From NCBI GenBank assembly GCA_963812135.1, contig CAWETU010000001.1, positions 480,001 through 544,000 of the forward strand: a DNA stretch of 64,000 bases. The letters are read 5' to 3'. Positions 1-9,598 of the stretch are shown here, one piece after another. Source of the DNA: Vulcanimicrobiota bacterium. Its GTDB lineage: Bacteria > Vulcanimicrobiota > Vulcanimicrobiia > Eremiobacterales > Eremiobacteraceae. The stretch's first letter is position 1; every line of letters begins with the position of its first letter. Position numbers and translations under genes: made by a program. Under the pieces are notes generated by a model. The model was not told the origin of the DNA. It saw only the letters and a list, made by a program, of their open reading frames with translations, and made no database searches.

Positions 1-2
1 GC

Positions 3-1778
3 GTGGCCAAGCTGTGCTACGCGCTCGACGACAGCGTCGAGATCGCGATCGCGGAGTTTGGCGCGCGCCACCCGGACGAGATCGCGCAACTCGTCGAGAT
101 GGCCGCGCCGGATGTCGGAGTGCTCGTCAACATCGGCGAGTCCCATTTGGAGTTCTTCGCCGATCGCGAGCAGCTCGCGCGCACGAAATTCGCGATCTTC
201 GGTGCGGGCGCGCGCCCAGTGTGCAATGCCGCGGATGAGTGGACGCGCAAACTCGCGGCTGAGGCGGGCATCGTCGAGCGTGCCTTGTGGGTGCGGCTGT
301 GCGGTGAGCCGGAGTTGGCGGGCTTGATGCTTGAAGCCGGCGTGCCGCGCGACGGACGCGTGGCGCTTTCGCTCGGCGCGTCACACGCGTTCGCGCCGTG
401 GCATCTGATCGGCGAACATCATCTACGCGACGCGCTGCTGGCGGTGGGCGCAGCGCTGCAATGCGGCGTGCGCTTCGAAGACGCGATTGAAGGCGTTGGC
501 GATCTGCGCTTGCCGCCCGGACGTTTTGAGCTGCACTCGCTGCCGAGCGGCGCTACCGCGGTGTATGACGCATATAACGCGAGCCCGACTTCAATGCGCC
601 ATGCGTTTAGCGCATTCGCATCGCTGCCCGCGGCGCGGCGCATCGCGGTGCTGGGCAGCATGGCCGAGCTCGGGGCGGACGCGGCAGCTGGTCACGAAAG
701 CACGGGCGCAGCGGCGGCGAGCGCCGGACTCGACGCGCTCTATTGCGGCGGCGATCACGCGCAGACGATCGCGCGCGGCGCGCTCGACGCCGGCATGGCG
801 CCGACATCCGTCCACACGTATGTCACAAATGCGGAAATCGCAAAAACCCTGCGGGACCAGCTGCGCGAAGGCGATGCGGTTCTGCTCAAGGGCTCTCGCG
901 TGCAACGGATGGAGGAGATTCTCGACGCCTTGCTCTTGGCTGACGCGCCTCCGGCACCGAAAGCCGAGACGTCGGAGGCGGCGAGAGCCGCCGGAGCCGA
1001 GCCGGGGAGGGAGACTATTCCGATGATCCCCGGCGTTCTCGGCGCAGGTGCCGGAAGCGCGGCAGATGAGAACGAGCGACGATTTGATGTCCAGGTACCC
1101 GAGCTTCCCGCGCGCATCGTGGCATTACCCGTTCGGACTCCCATCGTCCGCCCCGGGGATGACATTGCGAGGCTCGTCGCAGATTGCGTGCGCGGAATAA
1201 CCGGACCTGACGATGTCATCTGCGTCGCTGAGACAGCGGTCGCCATCGCGCAGGGCCGTTCCATCCCAGCTGAAGCGATCCGTCCGGGTCGCTTAGCTCG
1301 CGTTCTTGCGGAACAAGCTGGCCCGTACGCGACGATGAGCCAACCCGAGTCGGTGCAACTCGTGATCGAACAAGTCGGCACTGCGAAGGTGCTTGCGGCC
1401 GCCGTCGCCGGCGCAGCCGGCAGACTCGTCGGCCGACGCGGCGACTTCTACCGTTTCCTGGGCGCGGCCGTCGCGGAGATCGACGGTTACACCGGCACGA
1501 TGCCGCCGTACGAGCGCCACATCGTGTTTGGTCCGGCGGATCCCGCGGGCGTTGCTGAGGGGATCGCGGCCGCTTGCGGCGCGCGAGCCGTCATCGTCGA
1601 CGCGAACGATCTGCACAAAGCCGAGATCCTCGGGGCGAGCGCCGGCGTCGATGCCGACACGGTCCGGCTGTGCCTGTTGAGCAATCCGCACGGCAACAGC
1701 GACCAGCAAACCCCGGTCGTGGTGTTGAAATACCGGCCGCTGTCGGACGCCCCGCGCCGCTCGCCGTTGCTCGCATGA
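3..1778 (+). CDS. murF: UDP-MurNAc-tripeptide:D-Ala-D-Ala ligase (5'-truncated), fused in frame to a C-terminal CofE/F420-0:gamma-glutamyl ligase-like domain
   Basis: MurF motifs NIGESHLE, DAYNASPTSM, VLGSMAELG, LLKGSR; Ala/Pro linker; then PVRTPIVRPGDD...VAETAVAIAQGR...IDGYTGTMPPY...IVDANDL...NPHGNSDQQTP. Stop overlaps the mraY start (ATGA). Confidence 0.9.
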   Translation: MAKLCYALDDSVEIAIAEFGARHPDEIAQLVEMAAPDVGVLVNIGESHLEFFADREQLARTKFAIFGAGARPVCNAADEWTRKLAAEAGIVERALWVRLCGEPELAGLMLEAGVPRDGRVALSLGASHAFAPWHLIGEHHLRDALLAVGAALQCGVRFEDAIEGVGDLRLPPGRFELHSLPSGATAVYDAYNASPTSMRHAFSAFASLPAARRIAVLGSMAELGADAAAGHESTGAAAASAGLDALYCGGDHAQTIARGALDAGMAPTSVHTYVTNAEIAKTLRDQLREGDAVLLKGSRVQRMEEILDALLLADAPPAPKAETSEAARAAGAEPGRETIPMIPGVLGAGAGSAADENERRFDVQVPELPARIVALPVRTPIVRPGDDIARLVADCVRGITGPDDVICVAETAVAIAQGRSIPAEAIRPGRLARVLAEQAGPYATMSQPESVQLVIEQVGTAKVLAAAVAGAAGRLVGRRGDFYRFLGAAVAEIDGYTGTMPPYERHIVFGPADPAGVAEGIAAACGARAVIVDANDLHKAEILGASAGVDADTVRLCLLSNPHGNSDQQTPVVVLKYRPLSDAPRRSPLLA

Positions 1779-2737
1779 CGTTCACGCCGTTCTTCTCGAT
1801 CACGCTCGCGTTCGGTCTCGGCGCGATCGCGGCCGCACTCGTCGTTCCCGTGCTGATCGCCTGGCAGCGCCGGCATGCGCTCGGCCAACAGATCTATGAA
1901 GACGGGCCGGCATCGCACGCCGTGAAGCAAGGCACGCCCACCATGGGCGGCGTCGCGTTCGCGCTCGCCGCCATCATCGGAGCGCTCGTGCCGCCGATGG
2001 ACTGGTCGTGGCGCCTGCCAATCTTGTGCCTTGTCATAGCCGCTGCGGCGATCGGCTTCACCGATGACTATCTCAAACTGATCAGACAGCGCGCGCTGGG
2101 TTTGCGCGCGCGTTGGAAGTTCGGGTTGCTGGTGCTCGTCGCGATCGGCTTCGTGTGGTGGACATCGGCCTATCACCCGTTTGCCTCGGTCTGGTTCACC
2201 GGCGTCGTCGCGATGCCGCCCTGGTTGTGGGCGCTGTTGGGTGTGTGCGCGATCGTCGGCGCCGCCAACGCCGTGAATCTGACCGACGGTCTCGATGGCT
2301 TAGCAGCCGGAACCGCGATCCCGCCGCTCTTGCTGCTGGGTTTCTTGTTCGCCGGAATGATCCCGGCGGCGGTGGCCGGCAGCTGCACCGGCTTCCTTTA
2401 TTATAACCGGCACCCGGCTCGCATCTTCATGGGCGACACCGGCTCGCTCGCGCTGGGCGCGCTGCTCGGCGGCCTCGCGATCGAATACAATTTCCTGTTG
2501 CTGCTGCCCATCATCGGCATCGTCTTCGTCATCGAGGCGCTCTCCGTGATCGCGCAGGTGATCGGTTTCAAAACGACCGGCAAACGGATCCTTAAGATGA
2601 GTCCGCTGCATCATCACCTCGAGATGTCGGGCTGGCCGGAGCAGCGGATCACGATCGTCTTCGGCATTGTCTCGTTCTGCGCCACCTTCGGCGCCTACGT
2701 CCTCTTGTTGCTGACGTTGCGAGGCTCCGAGCTGTAA
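1775..2737 (+). CDS. mraY: Phospho-N-acetylmuramoyl-pentapeptide transferase
   Basis: KQGTPTMGG, GFTDDYLK, NAVNLTDGLDGL, FMGDTGS, PLHHHLE; ATG 1775 overlaps the murF stop. Confidence 0.97.
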   Translation: MTFTPFFSITLAFGLGAIAAALVVPVLIAWQRRHALGQQIYEDGPASHAVKQGTPTMGGVAFALAAIIGALVPPMDWSWRLPILCLVIAAAAIGFTDDYLKLIRQRALGLRARWKFGLLVLVAIGFVWWTSAYHPFASVWFTGVVAMPPWLWALLGVCAIVGAANAVNLTDGLDGLAAGTAIPPLLLLGFLFAGMIPAAVAGSCTGFLYYNRHPARIFMGDTGSLALGALLGGLAIEYNFLLLLPIIGIVFVIEALSVIAQVIGFKTTGKRILKMSPLHHHLEMSGWPEQRITIVFGIVSFCATFGAYVLLLLTLRGSEL

Positions 2738-4174
2738 ATGCCGAACGACGCAGCAGTGAATCTCGTAGAAGGCGACCGGGCGCTGATCATCGGCGTCGGC
2801 CGCAGCGGCATGGCCACCGCGGCCGTGCTGCGCGACCGCGGCCTCCGCGTCGCCGCCTACGACGACAAACCGCCCGAACAGCTCACCGCGCAACGCGCGG
2901 AGCTCGCTCGGCTCGACGTCGAGCTCGTCGACAAAGACGCCCTTACCGCTGCGACGTCGGACACCGACGTCGCCATTTTATCGCCCGGCGTGCCGCCCAA
3001 CAATCCGGCCGTGCTCCAGATCCAGCGAGCAGGCGTGCCGGTCATCGCGGAGATCGAAGCCGCGTATCGCATCGCCAAGGCGCCGATCATCGCGATCACG
3101 GGAAGCAAGGGCAAATCGACCACCACCGCGCTGACCGGGCACTTGCTGCGCAGCGCAGGCGCGCGCGCGCGGACCGGCGGCAACATCGGCAACCCGCTTA
3201 TCCGCGAAGCCGCCGCAGCGGCCGCGGACGAATGGCTCGTCGCCGAGGTCTCGAGCTTTCAGCTCGAAGCGATCAGCACGTTCCACCCACGCGTCAGCGT
3301 CATGCTCAATCTCTCGCCGGATCACCTGGACCGCTATCCGTCGATGGAAGAATACCGCGAAGCGAAGCTGCGCATTTTCGCCAACCAGGGCGAAGGCGAT
3401 TGGTTCGTCGGCAATGCCGACGATGCGGCGATCCGCGAATTGCACGACGGACCGGTGAAGCGCTTGCGCTGCGATAGCGCGTGGTTCTCCCTGTATGGGG
3501 CGGATATCGCCGACGTCACGTCCACCGACGGGTGGATCGTGCGGCGCACGCGCGGCAAGCGCGCGGCGAGCACCCGGTTCACGCCGGTCATCGCCATAAG
3601 CGACCTCAAGATCAAAGGCGCGCACAACGTGGCGAATGCGATGGCTGCGTATTTGGCGGCGTCGCTGGCGCTCTTGCGCGGCACGGTGATCGGCGCGCAC
3701 GACGATGCGCTCGTCGAAGGATTGCGTACCTTCGAACCGCTCGCGCACCGCTTGCAAACGGTCGCCACTGCCGCCGGCGTCGTCTGGGTCGACGACAGCA
3801 AGGCCAGTAATCCGGATGCTGTTGTCAAGGCGCTGCATGCGTTTGACGGCCCGATCATCCTGATCGCCGGCGGGCGCAGCAAACGGACCGACTTCGCCGG
3901 GCTCGCGAAAGCTGCGTCGGACCGCGCCAAGCTCATCGTCTTGATCGGCGAGAGCGCGCGGGAGATCGGATCGCTGGTGGAACGCGGCCCGATCGTTTAC
4001 GCGGATTCGATGACCGCTGCCGTGGCCGCCGCCGCCGAGGCCGCTGCCCCCGGCGACGTCGTGCTGCTCTCGCCTGGCTGCTCTTCCTTTGATATGTTCG
4101 ACAGCGCGGAGCAGCGAGGCGATGCGTTCGTCGCCGCCGTTCGCGGCCTGCTCGGCGAAACGGCCATCGCATGA
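2738..4174 (+). CDS. murD: UDP-MurNAc-L-Ala:D-Glu ligase
   Basis: AITGSKGKSTT, GGNIG, EVSSFQLE, NLSPDHLDR, DDSKA, LLSPGCSSFD. Confidence 0.97.
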   Translation: MPNDAAVNLVEGDRALIIGVGRSGMATAAVLRDRGLRVAAYDDKPPEQLTAQRAELARLDVELVDKDALTAATSDTDVAILSPGVPPNNPAVLQIQRAGVPVIAEIEAAYRIAKAPIIAITGSKGKSTTTALTGHLLRSAGARARTGGNIGNPLIREAAAAAADEWLVAEVSSFQLEAISTFHPRVSVMLNLSPDHLDRYPSMEEYREAKLRIFANQGEGDWFVGNADDAAIRELHDGPVKRLRCDSAWFSLYGADIADVTSTDGWIVRRTRGKRAASTRFTPVIAISDLKIKGAHNVANAMAAYLAASLALLRGTVIGAHDDALVEGLRTFEPLAHRLQTVATAAGVVWVDDSKASNPDAVVKALHAFDGPIILIAGGRSKRTDFAGLAKAASDRAKLIVLIGESAREIGSLVERGPIVYADSMTAAVAAAAEAAAPGDVVLLSPGCSSFDMFDSAEQRGDAFVAAVRGLLGETAIA

Positions 4175-5397
4175 CTGGCGAGCGGCGAGCGCCGGACATG
4201 ACGCTGCTCATAGCGGCCGGACTGCTGACCGCGATCGGCGCGATCATGGTCTTCTCGGCATCGTCCGTCGTCGGCATCACCCGCTATCACGACGCGACGC
4301 ACTTCTTCAAACGCGAGATCATCTGGGTCGTGCTCGGTGCAGCCGCATGCTGGATCGGGATGAAGCTCGACTACGGCGCGCTGCGTCGCGCGGCGCCGTG
4401 GCTGCTCGGCGTCGCGGTCGTGCTGCTCGTCGGCGTGCTGTTCCCGCATTTCGGCACCATCGAAGGCGGCGCGCGCCGCTGGTACGAGTTCGGCCTGTTC
4501 TCGTTCGAACCGTCCGAGTTCGCAAAGGTCGCGCTGATCATCTTCTTGGCCAAGCTGTTGGCGGACCGCGAGGACAGCGCACGCGATTTCAGCGCGATCG
4601 GCTTCCCCGCGCTGTTCTGGGTCGGCGTGTGCTTCATGCTCGTGCTGCGCCAACCGGACCTCGGCACCGCGACGCTGTTCTTGATGATCGCCTTCGTCAT
4701 GCTGTTCGCCGCTGGTGCTCGCCTCAGCCACCTCGCGATCGGCGTTGCGGTCGCGGTGCCTGCGCTGCTCGCGTTCGTCTATGCGAGTCCGTACCGGCGC
4801 GCGCGCTTCACCGCGTTCTTAGACCCAAATGCGGATCCCAAAGGCACCGGCTATCACATCTTGCAGTCGCTCTATGGCTTGGGCTCGGGCGGGATCTTCG
4901 GCGTCGGCCTCGGCCAAAGCCGGCAGAAGTTCGGCTACCTGCCCGAGCAGTACACCGACTTCATCTATTCGGTGCTGGGCGAAGAGCTCGGCTTCATCGG
5001 CGCGGCGGCGGTCCTCGTGCTGTTCTTGCTTTTCGCATACCGTGGACTGCGCATCGCGATGAAGGCCGAAGACCGCTTCGGCTTCTTCCTCGCGGTCGGC
5101 ATCACCGCAGCGATCGCGCTGCAAGCCTTCATCAATATCGGCGTGGTGACGTCGACATGGCCCGTCACGGGCGTGCCGCTGCCGTTCATCAGCTACGGCG
5201 GCACGTCGCTGGTCATGAGCCTGTTCGGAGTCGGCCTGCTGGCCGGCATCTCGCGCGGTCGATCGCGGGCGGCGCTTGCAGCCGACGAACGCACGAGAGG
5301 ATCTCGCGGTGCGTATTCTGCTCACCGGCGGCGGCACGGGCGGTCACCTATACCCCGCGCTGTCACTAGCGCAGGCGCTCTCCGGCGCGCCCGCTGA
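4171..5397 (+). CDS. ftsW: SEDS family peptidoglycan glycosyltransferase FtsW
   Basis: GARRW, EPSEFAK, QPDLGT, LPEQYTDFI, LPFISYGGTS; multi-TM. Confidence 0.95.
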   Translation: MTGERRAPDMTLLIAAGLLTAIGAIMVFSASSVVGITRYHDATHFFKREIIWVVLGAAACWIGMKLDYGALRRAAPWLLGVAVVLLVGVLFPHFGTIEGGARRWYEFGLFSFEPSEFAKVALIIFLAKLLADREDSARDFSAIGFPALFWVGVCFMLVLRQPDLGTATLFLMIAFVMLFAAGARLSHLAIGVAVAVPALLAFVYASPYRRARFTAFLDPNADPKGTGYHILQSLYGLGSGGIFGVGLGQSRQKFGYLPEQYTDFIYSVLGEELGFIGAAAVLVLFLLFAYRGLRIAMKAEDRFGFFLAVGITAAIALQAFINIGVVTSTWPVTGVPLPFISYGGTSLVMSLFGVGLLAGISRGRSRAALAADERTRGSRGAYSAHRRRHGRSPIPRAVTSAGALRRAR

Positions 5398-6523
5398 TCC
5401 CGGCGTCTGCTTGCCGGACGACGGCGAGCCACGCCTTGTCTTCCCCAACGACGCGCACGAAGTGCTCTTCGTCGGCACGCGTGGCGGGATGGAAACGGAG
5501 ATCGTCGCGCGCGCGAACGTACCCGCCGCGTACGTGCGCAGCCGGCCGCTTTCGCGCACGTCGCTGACCGCTGCGGCGGGCGGCGTCGCCGCCAACATGC
5601 TCGGCACCGGCGAAGCGATGCCGATCGTCCAGAAATTCAAACCGCACGTCGTGATCGCCACCGGCGGCTACGCAAGCGTGCCCGTCGTGATGGCCGCGGC
5701 TGCGTTGCGCGCATCGGGTTCGCTGCGCGGCACGAAGATCGTCTTGCTGGAGCCGAACGTGGAGCCCGGGCGCGCGAACCGCTTCATGGCACACGCTGCC
5801 AACGAGGTGTGGGGCGCGTTCGACGAGACAGCCGCGTTCTTCGGGCGCAAGTTCGTGACGACCGGCATTCCTGTGCGCGCGGAGATCTACGCGCGCCCGA
5901 CCCAGGTCGAAGCGCGGCGCAGCCTCGGGCTTGATCCCAAACTCATGACGGTGATCGTGTTCGGGGGAAGCCAGGGCGCACGCAGCATCAACGTGGCAGT
6001 GAGCGGCATGGTCGCGCGGCGCCGCTTGCCGCCCGACTTCCAGCTGCTCCACATCGCCGGCGAACGCGATTTCACGTGGATGGCCGCCGAGCGCAAAGTT
6101 GAGGCCAACACGAACCGCTATCAGCTCGTGCCGTACCTCGATCGCATGGAGCTCGCATACTCGGCGGCCGATGTCGCGGTCTGTCGCGCGGGCGCATCGA
6201 CGCTTGCCGAGCTCGCCGTCGTCGGTCTGCCGTCGATTCTCATCCCGTATCCGCACGCGACCGACGACCACCAGCGCAAGAACGCGGACGTGTTCGCGCG
6301 CCACAACGCGGCGCTGCTGATCGAGGACAAGAAGCTCGATTCGGATTCATTGTATTGGGCGCTCGTCGACGTGCTCACGCCCGACAAGCTCGCCGCGATG
6401 CGCTTCGGCGCCGCGTCCCTGTCGCACCCGCGTGCGCTGCAGACGATGATCGAGCGAATCGTCAAAGGCGAGATCGGCAAAAAACAGGCGCGCGTGGCCG
6501 CCAAGAAAAAGGCAGCCACATGA
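5309..6523 (+). CDS. murG: Lipid II GlcNAc transferase MurG
   Basis: GTG start at 5309; TGGGTGGHLYP, GGYAS, GGSQGA, CRAGAST, DHQRKNA. Confidence 0.96.
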   Translation: MRILLTGGGTGGHLYPALSLAQALSGAPADPGVCLPDDGEPRLVFPNDAHEVLFVGTRGGMETEIVARANVPAAYVRSRPLSRTSLTAAAGGVAANMLGTGEAMPIVQKFKPHVVIATGGYASVPVVMAAAALRASGSLRGTKIVLLEPNVEPGRANRFMAHAANEVWGAFDETAAFFGRKFVTTGIPVRAEIYARPTQVEARRSLGLDPKLMTVIVFGGSQGARSINVAVSGMVARRRLPPDFQLLHIAGERDFTWMAAERKVEANTNRYQLVPYLDRMELAYSAADVAVCRAGASTLAELAVVGLPSILIPYPHATDDHQRKNADVFARHNAALLIEDKKLDSDSLYWALVDVLTPDKLAAMRFGAASLSHPRALQTMIERIVKGEIGKKQARVAAKKKAAT

Positions 6524-8451
6524 TCCACTCCGCCTCCATTATCTTCACGCTGTTGCTCGCGCTACCGCTCATGGCGCTCGCGTCCCCGGTGGACGTCGCT
6601 CCGTATCTGCAGATCAAGGGGCAAAGCGGACCATCGCTTTCGCCGGACGGCACGCGCGTGGCGTTCAGCTTCGCGAAATCGGGCGTCTCTCAGGTCTGGG
6701 TCGCGCCGCTCGCGGGCGGCGATCCCGTCGAGCTCACTCGCGGTCCGGAACGCGCGGACTTCAAAGCGTGGTCGCCCACGCGCGCCGACGAGATCCTCTT
6801 CGGCCGCGATCTCGGCGGCGACGAGAACTGGCAGATCTGGATGTCGCGTCCGCACGATACTAGCGAAGCGCCGTTCATCGACGAGCCCGGCGTCCGTCAC
6901 CTTTTCGGCGGCTATTCATTTAACGGCGACAAGATCGCGTTTGCCTCGAACCGGCGCAACCGCGAATTCTTCGACGTGTACACCGCGACCGGAGAATTTC
7001 TATACATCCTCAACCAGTCCGAGCACTGCGCCCACCCACCGTGCGGCCCGCTGCCGGCGCTGGAGTCGGCGCGCATGGTCATGCAGGGCGACGGCGACAA
7101 CCAGCCCATCGCGTGGTCGCATGACGGCAAGACCTTGCTCGTCAGCATGCGCAAAGATAACTTTAACAACGATCTGCTGCTCGTCGACCTCGATCACGAC
7201 ACGTACATGGGCCGGTTGCTGACCGCGCACCCAGGCAACGCGGATTTCGAGAGCTGCGCGTTTTCGGGCGACGACTCAAAGGTCTATTGCGTGAGCGACT
7301 ACGGCGGCCGCGAGCATCGCGGCAGAGCCGTCATCGATCTACGAGGCGGCGCGCCGATCCACTTCCTCCCCGATCCTGCGCACGATGTCGAGTCACTGAC
7401 CCTGTCGCGCGACGGATCGAAAATGGCCTACGTGCGCAACCGCGATGGCTACGGCGACCTCATCGCCGTCGACGTCGCGACCGATGCGGTCATCGCATCG
7501 CCGCACATGCCGGCGGGCGTCGTAGCATCGCCTGTGTTCTCGGCAAAGGGTGACAAGCTTGCGTTCGAGTTCTCAGGCCCTTCGCACCCGAGCGCGATCT
7601 GGACCTATGATTTTGCGACCAAACAGACGCAGCAGATCACCACGCCGGAGCTCGCGGGAATCGCGCCGAGCACGTTCGTCGAGCCGCAGCTCATCACGTA
7701 CAGGTCGTTCGACGGCCTGAGCGTGCCGGCGTGGTACTACAAACCGCGAGGCGCCTCCGGGAATCTGCCGGTCATCATCGACGTCCATGGCGGCCCGGAA
7801 GCGCAGGCGCGCCCAGCGTTCAATCCGATCATCCAATTCTTCCTCGCGAGCGGCTACGCGGTGCTCGTGCCGAACGTGCGCGGCAGTTTCGGCTATGGCA
7901 ACACCTATCTGCATCTCGCCGACGTGCGCAAGCGGCTTGACTCGGTCAAGGATCTACACGCCGCACATGACTGGCTGATCGCCCAAGGCGGCGCCGATCC
8001 CAAGCGCATCGCGCTTTACGGCGGCTCGTACGGCGGCTACATGGTGCTCGCCGGCCTCACCGAGTTTCCTGACGACTGGGCGGCCGGCGTCGACGTCGTC
8101 GGCATCTCCAATTTCGTCACGTTCCTTGAACACACGAGTCCGTACCGCCGCGCGAATCGCGAAGCCGTCTACGGATCGCTTGCGAACGACCGCCAGTTCC
8201 TCGACTCGATCTCACCGCTGAACCACGTCGACCGCATCAAGGCGCCGCTGATCATCTTCATGGGGCAGAACGATCCGCGCGTGCCCGCGTCCGAAGGCCA
8301 GCAGATGGCCGACGCGCTCAAGGCGAAAGGCGTGCCCGTCGAGCTGACCATTTTCCCGAACGAGGGCCACGGCATCGCGCGCGACGAGAACCGCATCACC
8401 GCCTACACGCAGATCGCGCAGTTCCTCGGCACGCATCTCGCCGTGCCGTAG
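6520..8451 (+). CDS. Secreted S9 family (prolyl oligopeptidase/acylaminoacyl-peptidase-like) serine peptidase
   Basis: Signal peptide; PD40-like propeller repeats; VHGGPE, GGSYGG nucleophile, NDPRVP, EGHG; ATGA overlap with murG. Confidence 0.9.
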   Translation: MIHSASIIFTLLLALPLMALASPVDVAPYLQIKGQSGPSLSPDGTRVAFSFAKSGVSQVWVAPLAGGDPVELTRGPERADFKAWSPTRADEILFGRDLGGDENWQIWMSRPHDTSEAPFIDEPGVRHLFGGYSFNGDKIAFASNRRNREFFDVYTATGEFLYILNQSEHCAHPPCGPLPALESARMVMQGDGDNQPIAWSHDGKTLLVSMRKDNFNNDLLLVDLDHDTYMGRLLTAHPGNADFESCAFSGDDSKVYCVSDYGGREHRGRAVIDLRGGAPIHFLPDPAHDVESLTLSRDGSKMAYVRNRDGYGDLIAVDVATDAVIASPHMPAGVVASPVFSAKGDKLAFEFSGPSHPSAIWTYDFATKQTQQITTPELAGIAPSTFVEPQLITYRSFDGLSVPAWYYKPRGASGNLPVIIDVHGGPEAQARPAFNPIIQFFLASGYAVLVPNVRGSFGYGNTYLHLADVRKRLDSVKDLHAAHDWLIAQGGADPKRIALYGGSYGGYMVLAGLTEFPDDWAAGVDVVGISNFVTFLEHTSPYRRANREAVYGSLANDRQFLDSISPLNHVDRIKAPLIIFMGQNDPRVPASEGQQMADALKAKGVPVELTIFPNEGHGIARDENRITAYTQIAQFLGTHLAVP

Positions 8452-8464
8452 CGACCGCGGCTGG

Positions 8465-9418
8465 CTAGTGGATGGCCAGCCCTGCCGTGTGGACGCTGCC
8501 GCCGAACGCCGCGATGGTGATGATCGTCGGAACGGGCGTGGTCGTGCTGAACGTCGAGGCTGCGTTCGGGAACAGGTACAGCATCGGATCCTGCAAGTTG
8601 CTCGCGTAAAGATTGCCGCTCGCGTCGAAGACGAGCTGTTCGCCGGTGAAGATCAACGTCACCGAATTGCCGAGATGCGTGCTGATCGGCCCGCCGCCGG
8701 CAGTTGGGGCGTTGAACCGATCGATGCTGCCGTCGTTCACGTTCACGGTATACAGGTTGCCCGAGGCGTCAAACGCGAGCCCGTTGGGCTGGCTGGACCC
8801 GGTGAGCGGCGTTCCCGTCGGCAACTGCCCGGTCGTGAAAGGCGGATTGAATATCTCGATCGCCCCCGAGCCAAAAACCGATTTCGACACGTACAGATTG
8901 CCCGCGGCGTCGAACGCGATACCGCCGGGAGCCGTGACGCTTGAAATCGTCACCACGGGCGCCGGGGTGATGGAGCCGCTGAACGGTCCGACGAATTCGT
9001 ACACTTTGTTGGTGCCGCCATCCCCGACCCACAGGTTCCCAGTCGCGTCGAACGCGATCGCAACAGGGTTCATGGAGCCGGGGATGTTGATGGTCGCGAA
9101 CGGCGTGCTGGCGCTGGTCAGCGGGAGCGTATAGCCCACCACCTCGGCGCTCGTTGCATCGTTGACCGCCCAAAGATTGCCTTGATGATCGAACGCCAGG
9201 CCCACCGGGAATTTCAATCCGGCCGGCGTGACCACCGACGTCGGAACGGAGCCGCCAGATAACGGCAGGGAGAAGATGGCGACTTGTGGGGTGCCGGTGA
9301 AGCCGCTGACGTAAATGGACTGCCCCGAGCCCGGCGGCGGCCCAGGATTGGTCGACGCGGCAGAACAGCCTATTGACGTCAGGATTATGATTCCGGCCAA
9401 GAGCCACAAGCGCTTCAT
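8465..9418 (-). CDS. Putative lipoprotein with NHL-like beta-propeller repeats
   Basis: MKRLWLLAGIIILTSIGC signal with lipobox-like Cys; five repeats of (G)[LI]AFDxxGNL[WY]. Confidence 0.8.
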   Translation of the reverse strand: MKRLWLLAGIIILTSIGCSAASTNPGPPPGSGQSIYVSGFTGTPQVAIFSLPLSGGSVPTSVVTPAGLKFPVGLAFDHQGNLWAVNDATSAEVVGYTLPLTSASTPFATINIPGSMNPVAIAFDATGNLWVGDGGTNKVYEFVGPFSGSITPAPVVTISSVTAPGGIAFDAAGNLYVSKSVFGSGAIEIFNPPFTTGQLPTGTPLTGSSQPNGLAFDASGNLYTVNVNDGSIDRFNAPTAGGGPISTHLGNSVTLIFTGEQLVFDASGNLYASNLQDPMLYLFPNAASTFSTTTPVPTIITIAAFGGSVHTAGLAIH

Positions 9419-9598
9419 TGAACGAGTCTCCCTACTAGTGGACGATCGCACAAAGCGACGGGAACGCAGAGCCGCGCCGTTCCCCGCGTTGGGTACACGA
9501 GTCCTGGCGAGACGACGGCTGATCGAGGTATCAGACTGCGCTCGCTCACACTCGAAGCAAAGGGGCCGAATGCCGGGACACCTAAATCAACAGTCCGG

